A DNA stretch of 55,109 nt, counting the filler, from Sphacelaria rigidula (lineage: Eukaryota), in assembly GCA_964200075.2 (NCBI GenBank). It is 3 parts of 3 records of this genome, joined end to end, with 100 filler letters (N's around TTAATTAATTAA, not from the genome) between each part and the next. Parts side by side here need not be neighbours in the genome. Positions count along the whole stretch, not along the records: positions 36,809 to 55,109 come from CAXNAA020000882.1; 2 more parts are not named here. The stretch is one strand, 5' to 3'. Made by a program: the position numbers and the translations under genes. Shown piece by piece: positions 36,809 to 49,181 of this stretch (the stretch's first letter is position 1; the number at the start of each line of letters is the position of its first letter). The notes beneath the pieces are model-generated. The model did not search any database. It was not told the origin of the DNA and saw only the letters and a list, made by a program, of their open reading frames with translations.

Positions 36809-39800
36809 CGACTCATGATGCCAAAACCAAGTAATTTCCAGACGAATCATTATTTGTCCGACCCTTGCATTTTTCAGAATCCTGCTCTTTCGAGTGGTGC
36901 CTTGTAAAAGTTGAAAATATCGTCATGTTTTTGTTTGATGCTGCTGTTGTCTTCTGCAAAACGGAGCGGCGCCTGTTCGTGCCCAAACCTATCATCACTG
37001 TGCTATATAGCTGATGATATCGCTGCGATGTGGTACCATCATCAAACCCTCCGAAGACGGCTCGATCTACATGGGATTGTTGCCTGAACTGCTGTACTGT
37101 TGTTGTGTCCCGGTCGGCACAAAAGTTGTAGTCGGCGGCATGGAGTGTCGCCTATACCCTGTTGACAACGCAATGGTATAGTAATAGCTGCTGTGCTCCT
37201 GTGAACGAACAAGGCGGCGATTCGTGCCCACATGCATCATATAATTGTCATTTTTATCCTGTAGTTGTCGCTGTATTGCGTGTGGTGTATGTTCGAATCC
37301 TGCGGGCATGGCTTGATCTGTGCTTGAGATTACCTCGGTTATACTGTTGTTCTGCTGCTTCTGTGTTCCGGTCCGTACGATCAAATAGAGAACTGGCGGG
37401 GCGTGAACAAATAGTAAGTTCTGTCTGTAGGAGGTTGAAAAGGTAAAATGACGGCTGCTGTGCAGCCGTTGTGGCTATTCTTCGGGTGCTATTGTACAGG
37501 TGCAGAAATCCTCATCATATCCGATTTTGTGAATGAGACACGCAACGGCTCTTATGCTGCAGCCGATATTTGCTGCCGAAAATGCTCCTTCCTTTTCGAT
37601 CTAGCCCTTCCGCGCTTGTGATCTTGTTGGGTGTTTCCTAATATAGTCTATGCACCAAATCTTGACCAAGAGGAGTTTTGACACTCCGCCTGTTGTGTGT
37701 GCCCTCTTTTCAAAATTAGGGACAAAATTATATGGCACAGTATATTCAACATGGGTTTGAAGACACAGCCTCGGGTAGACCGGCAGACCTTGTCGCGGAA
37801 GCCGAGCGGTGCGACATTGAGCTCATACGGCGCACTTGGTATTATATCTTGTTCTCTCTTGTTTCCCTCTATCCACGTGTATAGTTCTTGTCTCACTCCC
37901 GCGAAGTTATTTTATGACTGAGAGTTCCGCCCCCTCCAATTCCGAATAATGCGCTCGCCAGATAGCAGAGTCGCAACCTGTTTGCACGGCCTTCAAGCAT
38001 AACCTCCTTTTACCTGAAGCGGCAGGGGCCTGTCGGAATAATTTCATGTTGCTCGTTGTTCCCACGTCAGCCTACGTATTTTTCTGCCGCATGTTTCTCT
38101 CGAGACTTTCACCTAGTTTCTCTGGGCGGGTTAGGCTATAGCTGGAATATTTTCATCCCTTTTCTTTTCTTCTCGGTGTGTTTATCTTCTCCTTACCTCC
38201 TGTTTCTTTCAGGTTGGTCCCCCTTTCTCGAGTATCCTCGGCGTGTACTTTCGTGTGGGTCTACCTTGGTTGGGTACGCCTATATCTCATGACCACCGCT
38301 AGATTCGTAGGGGGATACTGTACATCATACATCATGGCCAAGATATCGCCGCGCATATAAAAATTTGGTCTGAAACTGCTCACCACGGAACCCCTCGCCC
38401 TAACTGACAAACGCGACACTTATGGCCGATGATACGTCGTGCGGTCTGAGCAACCCAGGGTTTCAACTTTAACATTCAACATACTAAAAAAAAGTGCAGT
38501 CCAAAGCTCCAAAGCAGAGTTTCACAAGGATAAAATAAGAAAAGCCCGGCCTCGGCGAAAATATTATATCCTCCCTCATGGGATGAAACAAAGATCCAGC
38601 CACACCTTTTATTGCCCAACGTCTACTGAAAAGCAAAGTAGACCCGAGATGATGAAATGGCACGCCTGGTGAACAAATAGGAGAAACAAAAAAACCCACG
38701 AATAAAAAAAAAACGGCACAACTTTATTCATATAGTTCTCTACAAACAAACACCGACGGGGTACTCATAAGACATGCACACAGATAAAAAGAGGTAAAAA
38801 GGTGCGTACCAACAACACGAAACCCACCCTCTTGTGGGAGGTACGTCTCATTTGACCTGTGCGGGAAAACGGTAAAACGGGCAGAGCGTCACCGCTGGAG
38901 CACCCTTCACTACATCTCCGCGATTGCTAACCCTGTGCAGTGTACACGAAGAGCATCTTTTAAACACTATGGTGACGGCCAGCAAACGAAGGTGGGGAAT
39001 TGCATGTGGCTGTTATATATATTGAGTACGATTGACCTACCTGCATGTGAACACCCAGATAGATCACTTGGAAACACTATACCCTCGATCGGCGGCTCTC
39101 TACAGCTCCTGGATTTAGATGGGCTGCATGGGTACCCACGCACCCACGTCGTGAATGGCAGCCACGAAAGTAGATCGGGGAGTGCAATACAATGTGGGTT
39201 GTACAGTACGGCAAAACAGACGGTGAGGAGGGACAGTACGGTTGGTCCGGCATTGCATCTCTACTAACTTGCGTTGCCGTGTACGGTGATACATTGGATG
39301 TGTCAGACAGTATCTGCGTCCATTTTCCAACCGTGGCTATCTCAACATCCACCTGTGTGTGGTCGACTACGCACGACGACGATGAAATGCATGTACCAAT
39401 CGATAAACATCCATGCCCTCGTCCTCCAAACAATACACACCTTGTCATCAGCAGTCGTACTGTAGAGACGAATGGTACAGTAAAGAATAGCACCCCAGTC
39501 ATCACCAGCACGGCATATTGGCTGTCGAGATGGATCGCGCCATGCCGAACGCGCAGGTTTCCACCATTTTCTTCCCTTTATCATACCATCGTGAATACGA
39601 ATGACTTTCTATTTTCAAACTATACGCGCAGTGATCGCACGGCGACTCATGAGTTATATTCTTGACGTGTTCGACTTGAGCTGTCGAGGTCAAGTATATT
39701 CACGCGTGCCGTTTTTGCTCGTCATCGCCAACCGTCTGTGAGGCAGGCGATCGATCGGCCCACGAAGAAGTGTGATCGTGAAAAATACGTTCGACTGTGA

Positions 39801-40289
39801 TCATGAATATAATACCTACTAATGTATGAAAACCCGCACTCGAAAGGTTGTATATTTGTGGAACAGAGGTGCATTACGCACCAACATCAACCTCAGCAGT
39901 ACGTAGCAGTATCTTCGTTACAAAGCTGATGAAGGTGATGTCACTACTTGTACCATCGTTGCAGTGCCAACGAGCGCCTCGCTGCACTTCGTTTGGTTTT
40001 CATCAATGATTGTACAGTGGAATGGCGATGTCACGAAATGGTGTCGTCACCCCTGGAACAGCGAACTGAAATTGTCATCGCCATCGCTGTCTCAGCGATA
40101 CCCCTTCGACTGATTTGGAGGTAAGGGCCATGTCAAGGCGAAGCAGAAAGGCACACGGTGGCGCTCTCGAAAATTGCGGGGGTCTGTCAACACAAACTCC
40201 AGGAACGACAAAGGTCAAGTAAACATGGATGACTTACAATGCGCTCTGAAGTCGTGCCGTTGGCTCAGCGCGTCCAGAGCAAAAGCTGA

Positions 40290-40398
40290 CGCAACCTGAC
40301 ACGATGCGGAAACGAAGCTTTAGGCTAGCTCTTTAGAAAATTGCGCAACCTGACACGATGCGGAAACGAATCTTAAAGCTAGCTCTTTAGAAAATTGC
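40290..40398 (+). repeat. 54-bp tandem duplication
   Basis: cgcaacctgacacgatgcggaaacgaa...gctagctctttagaaaattg occurs twice. Confidence 0.9.
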
Positions 40399-42930
40399 GG
40401 GGGCCTGTCTGCACAAACCGCACTGACACCGGAGGTACATGTGTACGTGTTTGGTTCACATCTGGTGATGTCGAGGAGGGATCGCCTTCTTGTGGCGATG
40501 TTAGTCGAGTTCGCGGGTATATTGTGCGGCGAATAGGTATGGGTAAAAACGGTTCTGAACGAGGGTACACCCATGTCCGTCACATCTTATGATGATTTTC
40601 CTTCTACGGGCACCATACCACAGGTACAACACGACATCAGTCAAAACTGTATCGTAGTGCAGAACGTTTGTGCCTCCATACTATTCACGCATTTTATTTG
40701 TTGTTTTATTGTTTTATTGTATAAATAGATGGTGCAGCACTGCTACCAATCGCGCTCGATCCTAGAGTACAATCTGTCAAATAACGAATGATTCGCATGT
40801 TGCGTGCAGCTCGAGCTTACTGCAGACGGTACAGTCACTGCTGCCGGCTGTGCAGACAGGGCAACGAGCGAAATTTCGAGATTTCACGTGCATCACGCGT
40901 GGGGAGGTCTGGAGGAAGCACAAGCTGAAAGCTCCGGCCGTATGACGAATCACGCAGAAATGTCTGGGAAAAACCCATGAGTCGCAATGATTTGTTGTTG
41001 TGCCCATACCGCCCATGTTATTTTGACTTATTACTACGAGTTACACTCTACTCTCTGTACATACTACTGTGGTACACATGTCCGTAACAAATCCATCTCC
41101 TGCATGTCCATGCGTGCAAGGCACGATAAAATGAGAGCGCGACAGTCTCCCCCAACGGATTTTAAATTCTCGTTTTGTGTTCTGAGGCGCACGCCCCAGA
41201 TCGTTCCGGTCTTGGGCCGATCTCCGAGGTGCGATGAGGGGTTGTTACGCAATGGGGGCGGTTGCCTCTGCAACTTGATCTCAATCGCCATCAATTTTGC
41301 ACCCCATCGTGTTGTGGTCAGCAAGATGCAAGCACGCCGTTCGTCGAAGCACACTACACGACCATCCTCATCTGCAACATCCGATTCGGCGTCACTAGCA
41401 AGGTGCGCAGCGCAGCATGGTACTGTCTGTAAGCATTTTAGCTTATCTCAGACTGCAGACGGTCGCTATCGCAAAATGGCCTACTCTATTACACTTTACT
41501 CGTAGCTTCTCTTCTCGATCTGCGATAGATGTTCGGCGCGCGCTGGGTCGTCCGTTCTGTTGTGCCTCTATTCCCAACAAAAGCAGATGGCGTACTTTGG
41601 TAGAAGCGTCAAGGCACTACTTTTACTTGCATCCTGACGATCATGATCTTGATCATTCAATAACAGTCGAGGAATCTCGCTGTCTCTGTGTGATGAAGGA
41701 CCGCGAAAAATAGGTTGATCCGTACTACTGTATCACGTTTCGTGTGCTGGGTACATCGAGTACGATTCTACCATCGTCTCTCTGAATGTACTACAAACAG
41801 CACAGCAGTAGAGGCTGTCTTGTAACATCGTCTTCGCTTCGGGCAATAAAGGAACGACTCGACTCTCTCGCGCATTGAACCATGCAACACCGACAAATTG
41901 GTCATGGTCGCAGCGAGCAAGTAGAGTACTGCAAAAGTACAAAACTCATTATTTGTAATCATCACTATCTCTACACCTCGACGTGTCCTCAACAAAGGTG
42001 CGTCTGCTCACATTCCGGTAGCTCTGCTGTCTGCCTTCACATACAGTACTAGGTTTTTTTTTTTTAATTTATACGGGCGTCTTGAGGCTGATCGTGGTAC
42101 TGTACTGTATATTCTCACACTCAATTTAACGTTGGCTATCGTGTGCACGGAGGAAGTGGGGGGCTTGAACCGTTTCAAAATCTATTTGTATGCAGCGCGT
42201 ATTTGTGTGTACGCTTCGCTGTGCTCGGCGCAGAGGACGACGCAGACGGTTTGCGTCGAGTTGTGTCATTTGATCTTCGCATAGAAGTGGGACCGCAGAG
42301 TGGCACGGATTTCAGAATAATTATGTCGGTTCCCAACATGATCGATCAAACTCGAGTCGACAAGCCGCAAAAGTGAGGTAGTATATAGTCTGCGTAGTGG
42401 TACTTATACGAAAACATAGGTGATTGCGGTATCGCTGCTGTTGGGGTGATCGGCAATGTAGAAAATGAACAATCGTCGAGACATGTGCGCCTCCCCCTGC
42501 TTGCCTGTTCTCGCTGATGAGGAGTCGGATGGGTGTGTGCGTTGTATCTGTGCCGATACAGGCCCATTTTCGTACATGAGTGGGTTATTTGATCTGCCGT
42601 ACTGTATCTACAACGCAGTAGGTATATAGGTACACAACAGTGAGGTTGTACCGTTACTGTAGATTTCTAGCTTGTGACTAATCCCTGGTCACTACAGAGA
42701 TGTTTCGTCCTCTGTTCGCATATATTTCCTGTTGCAGTAGTCGTCCTCTTCTCCTCTGACGTTTCGTTACGAGCAAGTTTCTTCGTTTTGCCCAACCTCC
42801 GGGTAGCAGCTTTACATCGTCGAAACGTGCACCTCGTGCTGTACGGAATCCGTTGTTGTGTTTTTATTGTACTACGAGTAGACGAAATAGTCGATTATGT
42901 ACACAGTGGACTCTCTGGCAATGTGAACTA

Positions 42931-43309
42931 GCCCGTCGCCCCGATGGCTCAGTCGGTAACCTCGAAACCTTCTGACGGTTGGGTCGTGGGTTCGGATCTC
43001 GGTGCAGTCACACGATCTGGGATTTTTTCTCAATGGCCAGCCGTGGAGAGCGACCATGTCGTGGGTAGACAAAACTCGACCTAACGGTCGACGAGCGAGA
43101 GGGACGGACTACTAAAACCCTCTCGCGATAAAAATAAGGCAAGCACCGCATAAGGAAAGCGGAGTACTGACGCAACATGAAGAAGAAAAACATCCTGCGT
43201 TCGCCTCCCTCCTGTGTGACCCCAGCTGGTGCGCCCACACATACCGAAAGGTGTAGACTGGCGTCCAAAATAGATGGGATTACAACACACGCACACATAC
43301 ACACACACA
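42931..43309 (+). mobile_element. tRNA-derived SINE, copy 3
   Basis: TGGCTCAGTCGG ... GGTTCGGATCTC, shared body (ctctcgcgataaaaa..aaggcaagcaccgca), (CA)n tail. Confidence 0.85.
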
Positions 43310-43735
43310 GTCACGCGAGCTAATGTCCGGGGTGTGTCGTTTTGTCAACTTGGATAGTCCATCTTCCAAGCACGGCAAGATCTGTCGGGAATGATATGTG
43401 GCCCTGTATCAATCCATCGATCATGCGGTTCTAAGGCCCGCATTGTCATCAACAACGACGCTATTTTTTCGGAGATATGAGGAAATTCCGCAAATTTCGG
43501 ATGCCGCGTTCAGGCTTATCCGAAAACGATACTCGCAAGCGGCATTGTTTTTTTATTCCGAAGCTTCATTTGTGGTGAAGTCCAAAAAATTCGGACTGCA
43601 ACGCAGCACTCCGGAGAGCTGTGCTGTTAACTGTTTGTACACCGTGGCGATAGCAAGCGTTCGAGAGTCACCAAGTACCTGCCAGTCCCGAAAATTTCGG
43701 AAATGTCAAAATAAACAGTGTCGATCATAACGGGC

Positions 43736-43842
43736 TTAACCCTTATACCGCGAGATTAGTCTTCCTGGACCATGCATACTTCTTATGCACTTGAAATTGA
43801 TGCCGATTCAACAGAAGACTAACCTCACGGTCTAAGGGTTGA
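43736..43842 (+). mobile_element. ~105-bp TTAA-flanked piggyBac-type MITE
   Basis: TTAA-CCCTT...AAGGG-TTGA; internal ttgatgccgattca shared with the other copies. Confidence 0.75.
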
Positions 43843-44269
43843 GCTGGAGTGCCACGACTCGAGCTTTCACGGTCATTCCAGCGGTCGCTACATACATGCA
43901 CGCTCATGTATGTCGCGCACGCATATTTGTCCAAAAAACGTATGATGTCAGTGATGTGATGAGACAGGTTTACCTCGATCGGTGCACCATGCAGGCAGCA
44001 TACTCGTAGTTGAGTCCAACTCGTCGCCAACCTTGACGGTTGTCAGATACCGTTGTGCGAGCGCGTACGCAGCGAGCGTTTCACGGACATTTCTTTAGGG
44101 TATGCTCTGCAACATATCTTGTATGGTGTGAGGATTCGTGGAATGCTTTGGGCTGGGGTTAGGGTCAGGGTCAGGCTTCGACGAAAGCATGTATTAGTGA
44201 TAATCGTTCTTTCGTCCGACTCTGGACGTCGACCTTTGGTTTGTCGTCTCTCTGCTCAGATCGGGAGAC

Positions 44270-45140
44270 TCCCGCGGCGCGACCTATTCGCAGGTGGGGC
44301 ATGCAAATAAGGGTGCCCAGATCGCGAACGCCTCCAGAACCAAATTCAGAATAAACCCAAATTTCAATCAAAATGCTGCCCACACGGAACAACGGTCAGT
44401 CACACTCCACAGCACTCCACAGCAGGGCAGGCAAGAAAGGATATTGTCGTGGGGCAGGAGACCACATACGTCGGCGGTGATGCGCTCTAGACTCGACGTT
44501 GACAAACCAACAGTCGTATTGGTTCAATCGACAAACCAAGAACACCGCGCATGCTCGATTGAATGGATGCTCTGAACACACCGACTGTAAACACATCAGC
44601 TGCTTTCTGTCGAGAATACTGCCTCTTGCACTGCTGGTATCAAGACACCACTGCACACAGTACAGGCTATCGAGGCGGCGGCACGCGCACTAGGAGTATT
44701 CCTGTGTTTGTACTACTTGTCAACTGTACGGAGCACAACAAGCCCTGTACGGTATAATACTACTACTATCAGTTGTGGCTATGTAATCGCACACACACAT
44801 GGCAGGATTACGTTCGAACACTAAGCTGATGACCTGTTGTCTTTTTGTTCTTTGAGAAATCGCCTCGAAGAGGTGCTTCCAGAAAAAACTATGCATTCGA
44901 TTATTCCCGGTAATGTCGAGCAGAGAAATCATCAACGCCCACGTTTGCGGTATCCTGTCCTGCTACGAGAAGAATCTTTTTGGTGCTATTGCCCTGCTGT
45001 GAGCTGCTGTGGAGTACGATTGTTGCTTAGTCTGTTCAGCATCTAACGTTGAGTTTCCTGCGGATTTGGTTTTGGAGGCGTTCGCGACCTGCTCGCTCTT
45101 ATTTGCGTACCCCACCTGCAAATAGGTCGCGCGGACTCCC
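44270..45140. repeat. ~100-bp inverted repeat pair (44270-44378 / 45039-45140)
   Basis: gcgacctattcgcaggtggggcatgcaaataag...cgcgaacgcctcca recurs reverse-complemented. Confidence 0.8.
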
Positions 45141-45761
45141 TCATATCCCCCGGTCAAGCGATGGAACTGCTCCCAAGCGACACGCTCGCAGTCAACGAAC
45201 GGTTTAATTTGCCTTGTCTCTTCGATCGATGATCGACACAACTTCCCGCCAATAGCCCAGAATCAATCATTAACTCGTGGACGCTGTAAATACAGGTGTA
45301 GAAAATAGCTTACCCAACATCCCCATGTACCGCGCAGTCATCAGCCATCTCACAAGATTTGTCACCACAAACGAAATTGCTGCCTCAACTCCATCTTCGT
45401 CTACCTTCTATTGCTTGACGGTGAGTCGGAGCGTGGGGGATCTGATGTTTTTTGGATCAGGATACGAGTCTTTTTACGCGGGGCAACTGGCCCAGCGAAC
45501 AGATTAGAGTAACGCAGGAATCGTCATCAGCATAATCGGATACACATGGTCGGTTACAGGGACCGGAAGAGGATATAGACAGTTCTCCAAACATTTAGAT
45601 GAACGGTAGCGCAGTAGAGACAGTGTTGCTCAGCAATCTCGGGAAGCACCACGCGCAGCGTTTTGACGGCAATTCTCCGGTGGTGCGCTGGTGGAGAGTC
45701 TTTTTGACAAGGAGGCCCCTGGGTGCAAAATCACGTTTCTGGGAGTCCGGTCTCCCAAGGG

Positions 45762-45880
45762 GTAACCCTTCGACCGCGATGCGGGTAGTGTGTGTGTGTG
45801 TTGTCGTCCCATCTATGCGGGTAGTACGATCTGGATTATGCATAATTTTTTCAAGTGAAATTGATGCCGATTCGGCAGGC
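45762..45880 (+). mobile_element. Partial copy of the same MITE
   Basis: gtaacccttcgaccgcgatgcgggtagt...ttcaagtgaaattgatgccgattc; right end missing. Confidence 0.65.
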
Positions 45881-45919
45881 ATCATTGTTACTTTGGTCGA
45901 TTTCTGAATCTGTTTGTGC

Positions 45920-45921
<2 letters not shown>

Positions 45922-45955
<34 letters not shown>
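45922..45955. repeat. (GT)n microsatellite
   Basis: Seen directly. Confidence 0.95.
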
Positions 45956-45959
<4 letters not shown>

Positions 45960-46238
45960 GCTGCATGCAGGTTTCATAGGTTTGTACTCCTGAATAATGT
46001 ACATCTTTAGATCCATCTGTAGGCAAGTGTGCGGTACAACGGTGCACCCGTTCATTGTGTCGCGTGCTACCTCATCCGGCCAATTGGCACGAGTCTCTCG
46101 ATTAGCCACCCGCCTTCTTCAAACCCGCGAGTGCAGCATGCTGTCATACTCAATGATGGCAATATGGAAACACACACCCACACCCACTGGAGAAAAGCAA
46201 CCCTTTTGGGACCCTCTACTGTACTCCACAATGGTGTG

Positions 46239-46602
46239 TTAACCCTTCGACAGCGAGGGTAGGTCATTCCGCTGAATCGGCATCGATACAGTAATTACTT
46301 GAAGTAAGTATGCATGGTACAGAGGGACTACCCGCACCGCGGTCCAAGGGTTAACCCTTGGGCAGCGAGACTAGGTCATCTGTTGAATCGGGATCAATTT
46401 CACTTGAAAAAAGTGTGCGTGATCCAAATGGACTACCCGCACCGCGGTCTAAGTTTTCATGTCAAGTGTCCTTCTGTGTTGTTATTAACCCTTGGACCGC
46501 GGTGGCCGCGGTGCGGGTAGTCCATCTGGATCGCCTAGAACTTTTCAAGTGAACGTTGATGCCGATTCAGCAGGAGACGTTACCTCGCCGTCAAAGGGTG
46601 AA
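46239..46602. mobile_element. Three adjacent piggyBac-type MITE copies (46239-46354 -, 46351-46453 -, 46485-46602 +)
   Basis: TTAACCCTT/AAGGGTTAA ends; the first two share one TTAA (aagggTTAAccctt); common motif ggactacccgcaccgcgg. Confidence 0.8.
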
Positions 46603-47049
46603 GTCAAATGATGCTGCGTGGGCCTTTTTGTAAATCGGACACCTGCTGCTAATAACTATTAACACACGATTGTGGGGTGAAAGTGCCACAAATATTTTAC
46701 ATCGTGGGGAACCCGGTCCCAGATTGAATCCACGAAAATATGCCCATCGTGTGCGATACGTGGGGATGCACAGCTCCGTGCGAGAGAGAACATTGGAGCT
46801 TGAACCACTTCAAAATTCAAGTGTATCAAGTATGACGCTCGCGTTCATGCACTCCGCTGTGTTCGGCGCAGAGGGCGGCGCGGATGGTGTCGCGTTGACT
46901 TGTTGTGATGCCGCCAACGGCGGATTCTCGAAAATGTGGTTGTACAAAAAATGAGGTTCAACTCAGAAGCAACGCCTTCCCTGACCTTCAGTCATGATAA
47001 ATATATGACTTTGATATGGACGACCTCATCCATCCCGATCTCCCTACAG

Positions 47050-47297
47050 CTATTCCGGGGGATTTCTGGCCTTCCTTGCCCCCGAAGGGTATGTGCGAAA
47101 GCAGGTTTTTTCATCCTGATGGTGGTTTAGCAGTCCCTTCCTCTTGTCGACCGCGGAGATGAATTTTGTGCACCCACGACATATAATTCCTCTCCACGGT
47201 TGGGCATGGTGATCGTGTGACCGCACCGAGATTTGAACCCACGACTCGTCCGTCAAAAGGTCTCGAGGTTACCAACTGAGCCACCGGGGCGACCCGC
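47050..47297 (-). mobile_element. tRNA-derived SINE, copy 4 (3' diverged or truncated)
   Basis: On the minus strand: TGGCTCAGTTGGTAACCTCG...GGTTCAAATCTC. Confidence 0.8.
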
Positions 47298-47721
47298 AAC
47301 CCGATTACCATTTAAAAAAAAAGAACACCATCAGTTGGCCCCGCTCGTACAGGAGATGTTTTGTACGTGCGGATACGTCGTATATTTACATCTCTCTCCT
47401 GTTCGCCCTTTCCCTCTCTCGCGCTTTCTTCAGCGAGCCCCCCGCTTGTTAACTTGGATACGTCTACAATGTAGTTCGACTACGGCTGGTGAATCCATCA
47501 CAGCATAAGGTTCTGAACATGAAGTGCTACGAGTCGAGCTCTCAAAACCCGTCCGGCGGGTGCACGCTGATGTATGTCGGGCAGTCATTTGTCCAATAAA
47601 TATGATGATGCCGATTCCTCAGACGGACTTTTCTGGGCGCGCCGCGCAGCATGCTAGTAGTTGGCTCCAACCCGTCGTCAAAGTCCATGGTTGCCAAATG
47701 CATTTGTACCTATTTTCAGTC

Positions 47722-47929
47722 TAGGGCCCATTATGATCGACCCTGTTTCTTCGGAGATCGACGAAAATGTCGGACATGAATGATTCTCGAAAGCTTGAAA
47801 GCTTGTGAGCGTCACGGCGCACACACAGGGCAGCTCTCCGAATTGCTGGGCTGCAGTCCGGAATAGTCAGACTTGTCCGAAAATAGAGGTTTGGAGAAGA
47901 AATATGTGTGTCGATAATAACGGGCCTAA
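47722..47929. mobile_element. MITE of a second family (possibly PIF/Harbinger type); related copy at 43432-43739
   Basis: TIR tagggcccattatgatcgac / gtcgataataacgggcctaa; a similar right end, gtgtcgatcataacgggcttaa, lies at 43718-43739. Confidence 0.6.
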
Positions 47930-48209
47930 GTCATCCACATCTTTTGAGGGCTGAGAGCTGAGAGCTGAAAGTCCGACGTGATCGACAGCGCACGCACCGA
48001 GCGGTTCCCGGAATGTTCCGGTGCACTTCCGCAGGGCACCCTCTGTAACACCCCTGGCCTGAGTATCCCCGGCAATGCTTTGGGCTGGAGCTACGGTCAG
48101 GAGAGTTGGAATTCGACAGATGCACGTGTATGCAAGTCATCGTGCATGAGTAGTCACGGCCCCGTTTGCAGTTTTTCCCGTCACATCGAAGAAGAGGGCA
48201 CACCTGCTC

Positions 48210-48317
48210 TTAACCCTTGGATCGCGAGAGGTAATCTGTTACATGGGCATCAAGTTCACTTGGAAGAAAACATACATGGTCCGGGTGGATTACCCTCGTG
48301 GCGGTCTAGAGGGTTAA
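48210..48317 (-). mobile_element. piggyBac-type MITE copy with both TTAA intact
   Basis: TTAACCCTTGG...AGAGGGTTAA. Confidence 0.75.
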
Positions 48318-49181
48318 TTAACTCTCTTACCAACTGCGACGGAGGGCTTGGGGAATTCGCTGAAAGGAGCAGCTGTGGACGAAAATTCAACGCACAAAAC
48401 GGTAACCTGACATGCATGACCTGAAGAGAAGTGGTCCGTGGTCACGGAGTAACGTCGGAAGTAGCTTGGTTTTATCGACACCAGCTCTGGGAAACGATGT
48501 GCGTGAGCGGGTGCTGGCAGCTGAAACACCCTCGTTTTCGCTCCGGGGCATTGTTTTCTAGGAGAGGCCGATGCTGTGAAGTCTCTCCCACACGCCGCAG
48601 AAATGGGCGGTCGCCTCGAGCCCCCAGATAATCATCTCGCACACCAGTCGTGTGTGCCTCAACTTTTAATACGCGCGTTTGAAGGGTTGTGCTGGGTAGG
48701 GTAAATACCCGGGTATCTTCTCCCGAATGTTGTGTTGCGATGGTCCGATCTCCAAACTCGTCCGAGATGTTGGTTCGAGTTAGGTACGATCGCATTACTC
48801 TGCCCAATATCTGGGCTGAACGTGGGGAATAAATACCCTACCCAATAAACCTTTGACGCGTTCGAAGAAAGCATATTTCGTTGAAAACCTGTGTGGTGCT
48901 TGTGCGTGTATGTGTGTGTGTACGTTTTGTCCGACACTCACCTTGTTGCACTTCGCCACCTCGTGCCTGTTGTGAGCGGTGCTCCGCCTCGAACGGGCTG
49001 CATGTTCAATGGTCAAACGACTATTAATAAGGTACGCAACGAATGGGTACGCTCCCCCTCCCTGACTTTGGCACGCATGATCATGAGTACAACCCCCCCC
49101 CCCTCCTCTCTCCCCCCTCTGCTTGGTTGCGCACGTGCATCCTGGAATTCAAAATATCAAAACAGGAGCAGCGGCAGCAAC

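Noticed and set aside
36809..42100. Short ORFs in this block
   Set aside because: No recognisable domain or consistent exon chain was seen; no transposase or reverse transcriptase motif was recognised.
48891..49181. N-terminal part of the 497-aa ORF
   Set aside because: It contains GT microsatellite, C-runs and a repeat motif and ends at an acceptor-like aaacag near 49165; likely intron or UTR.
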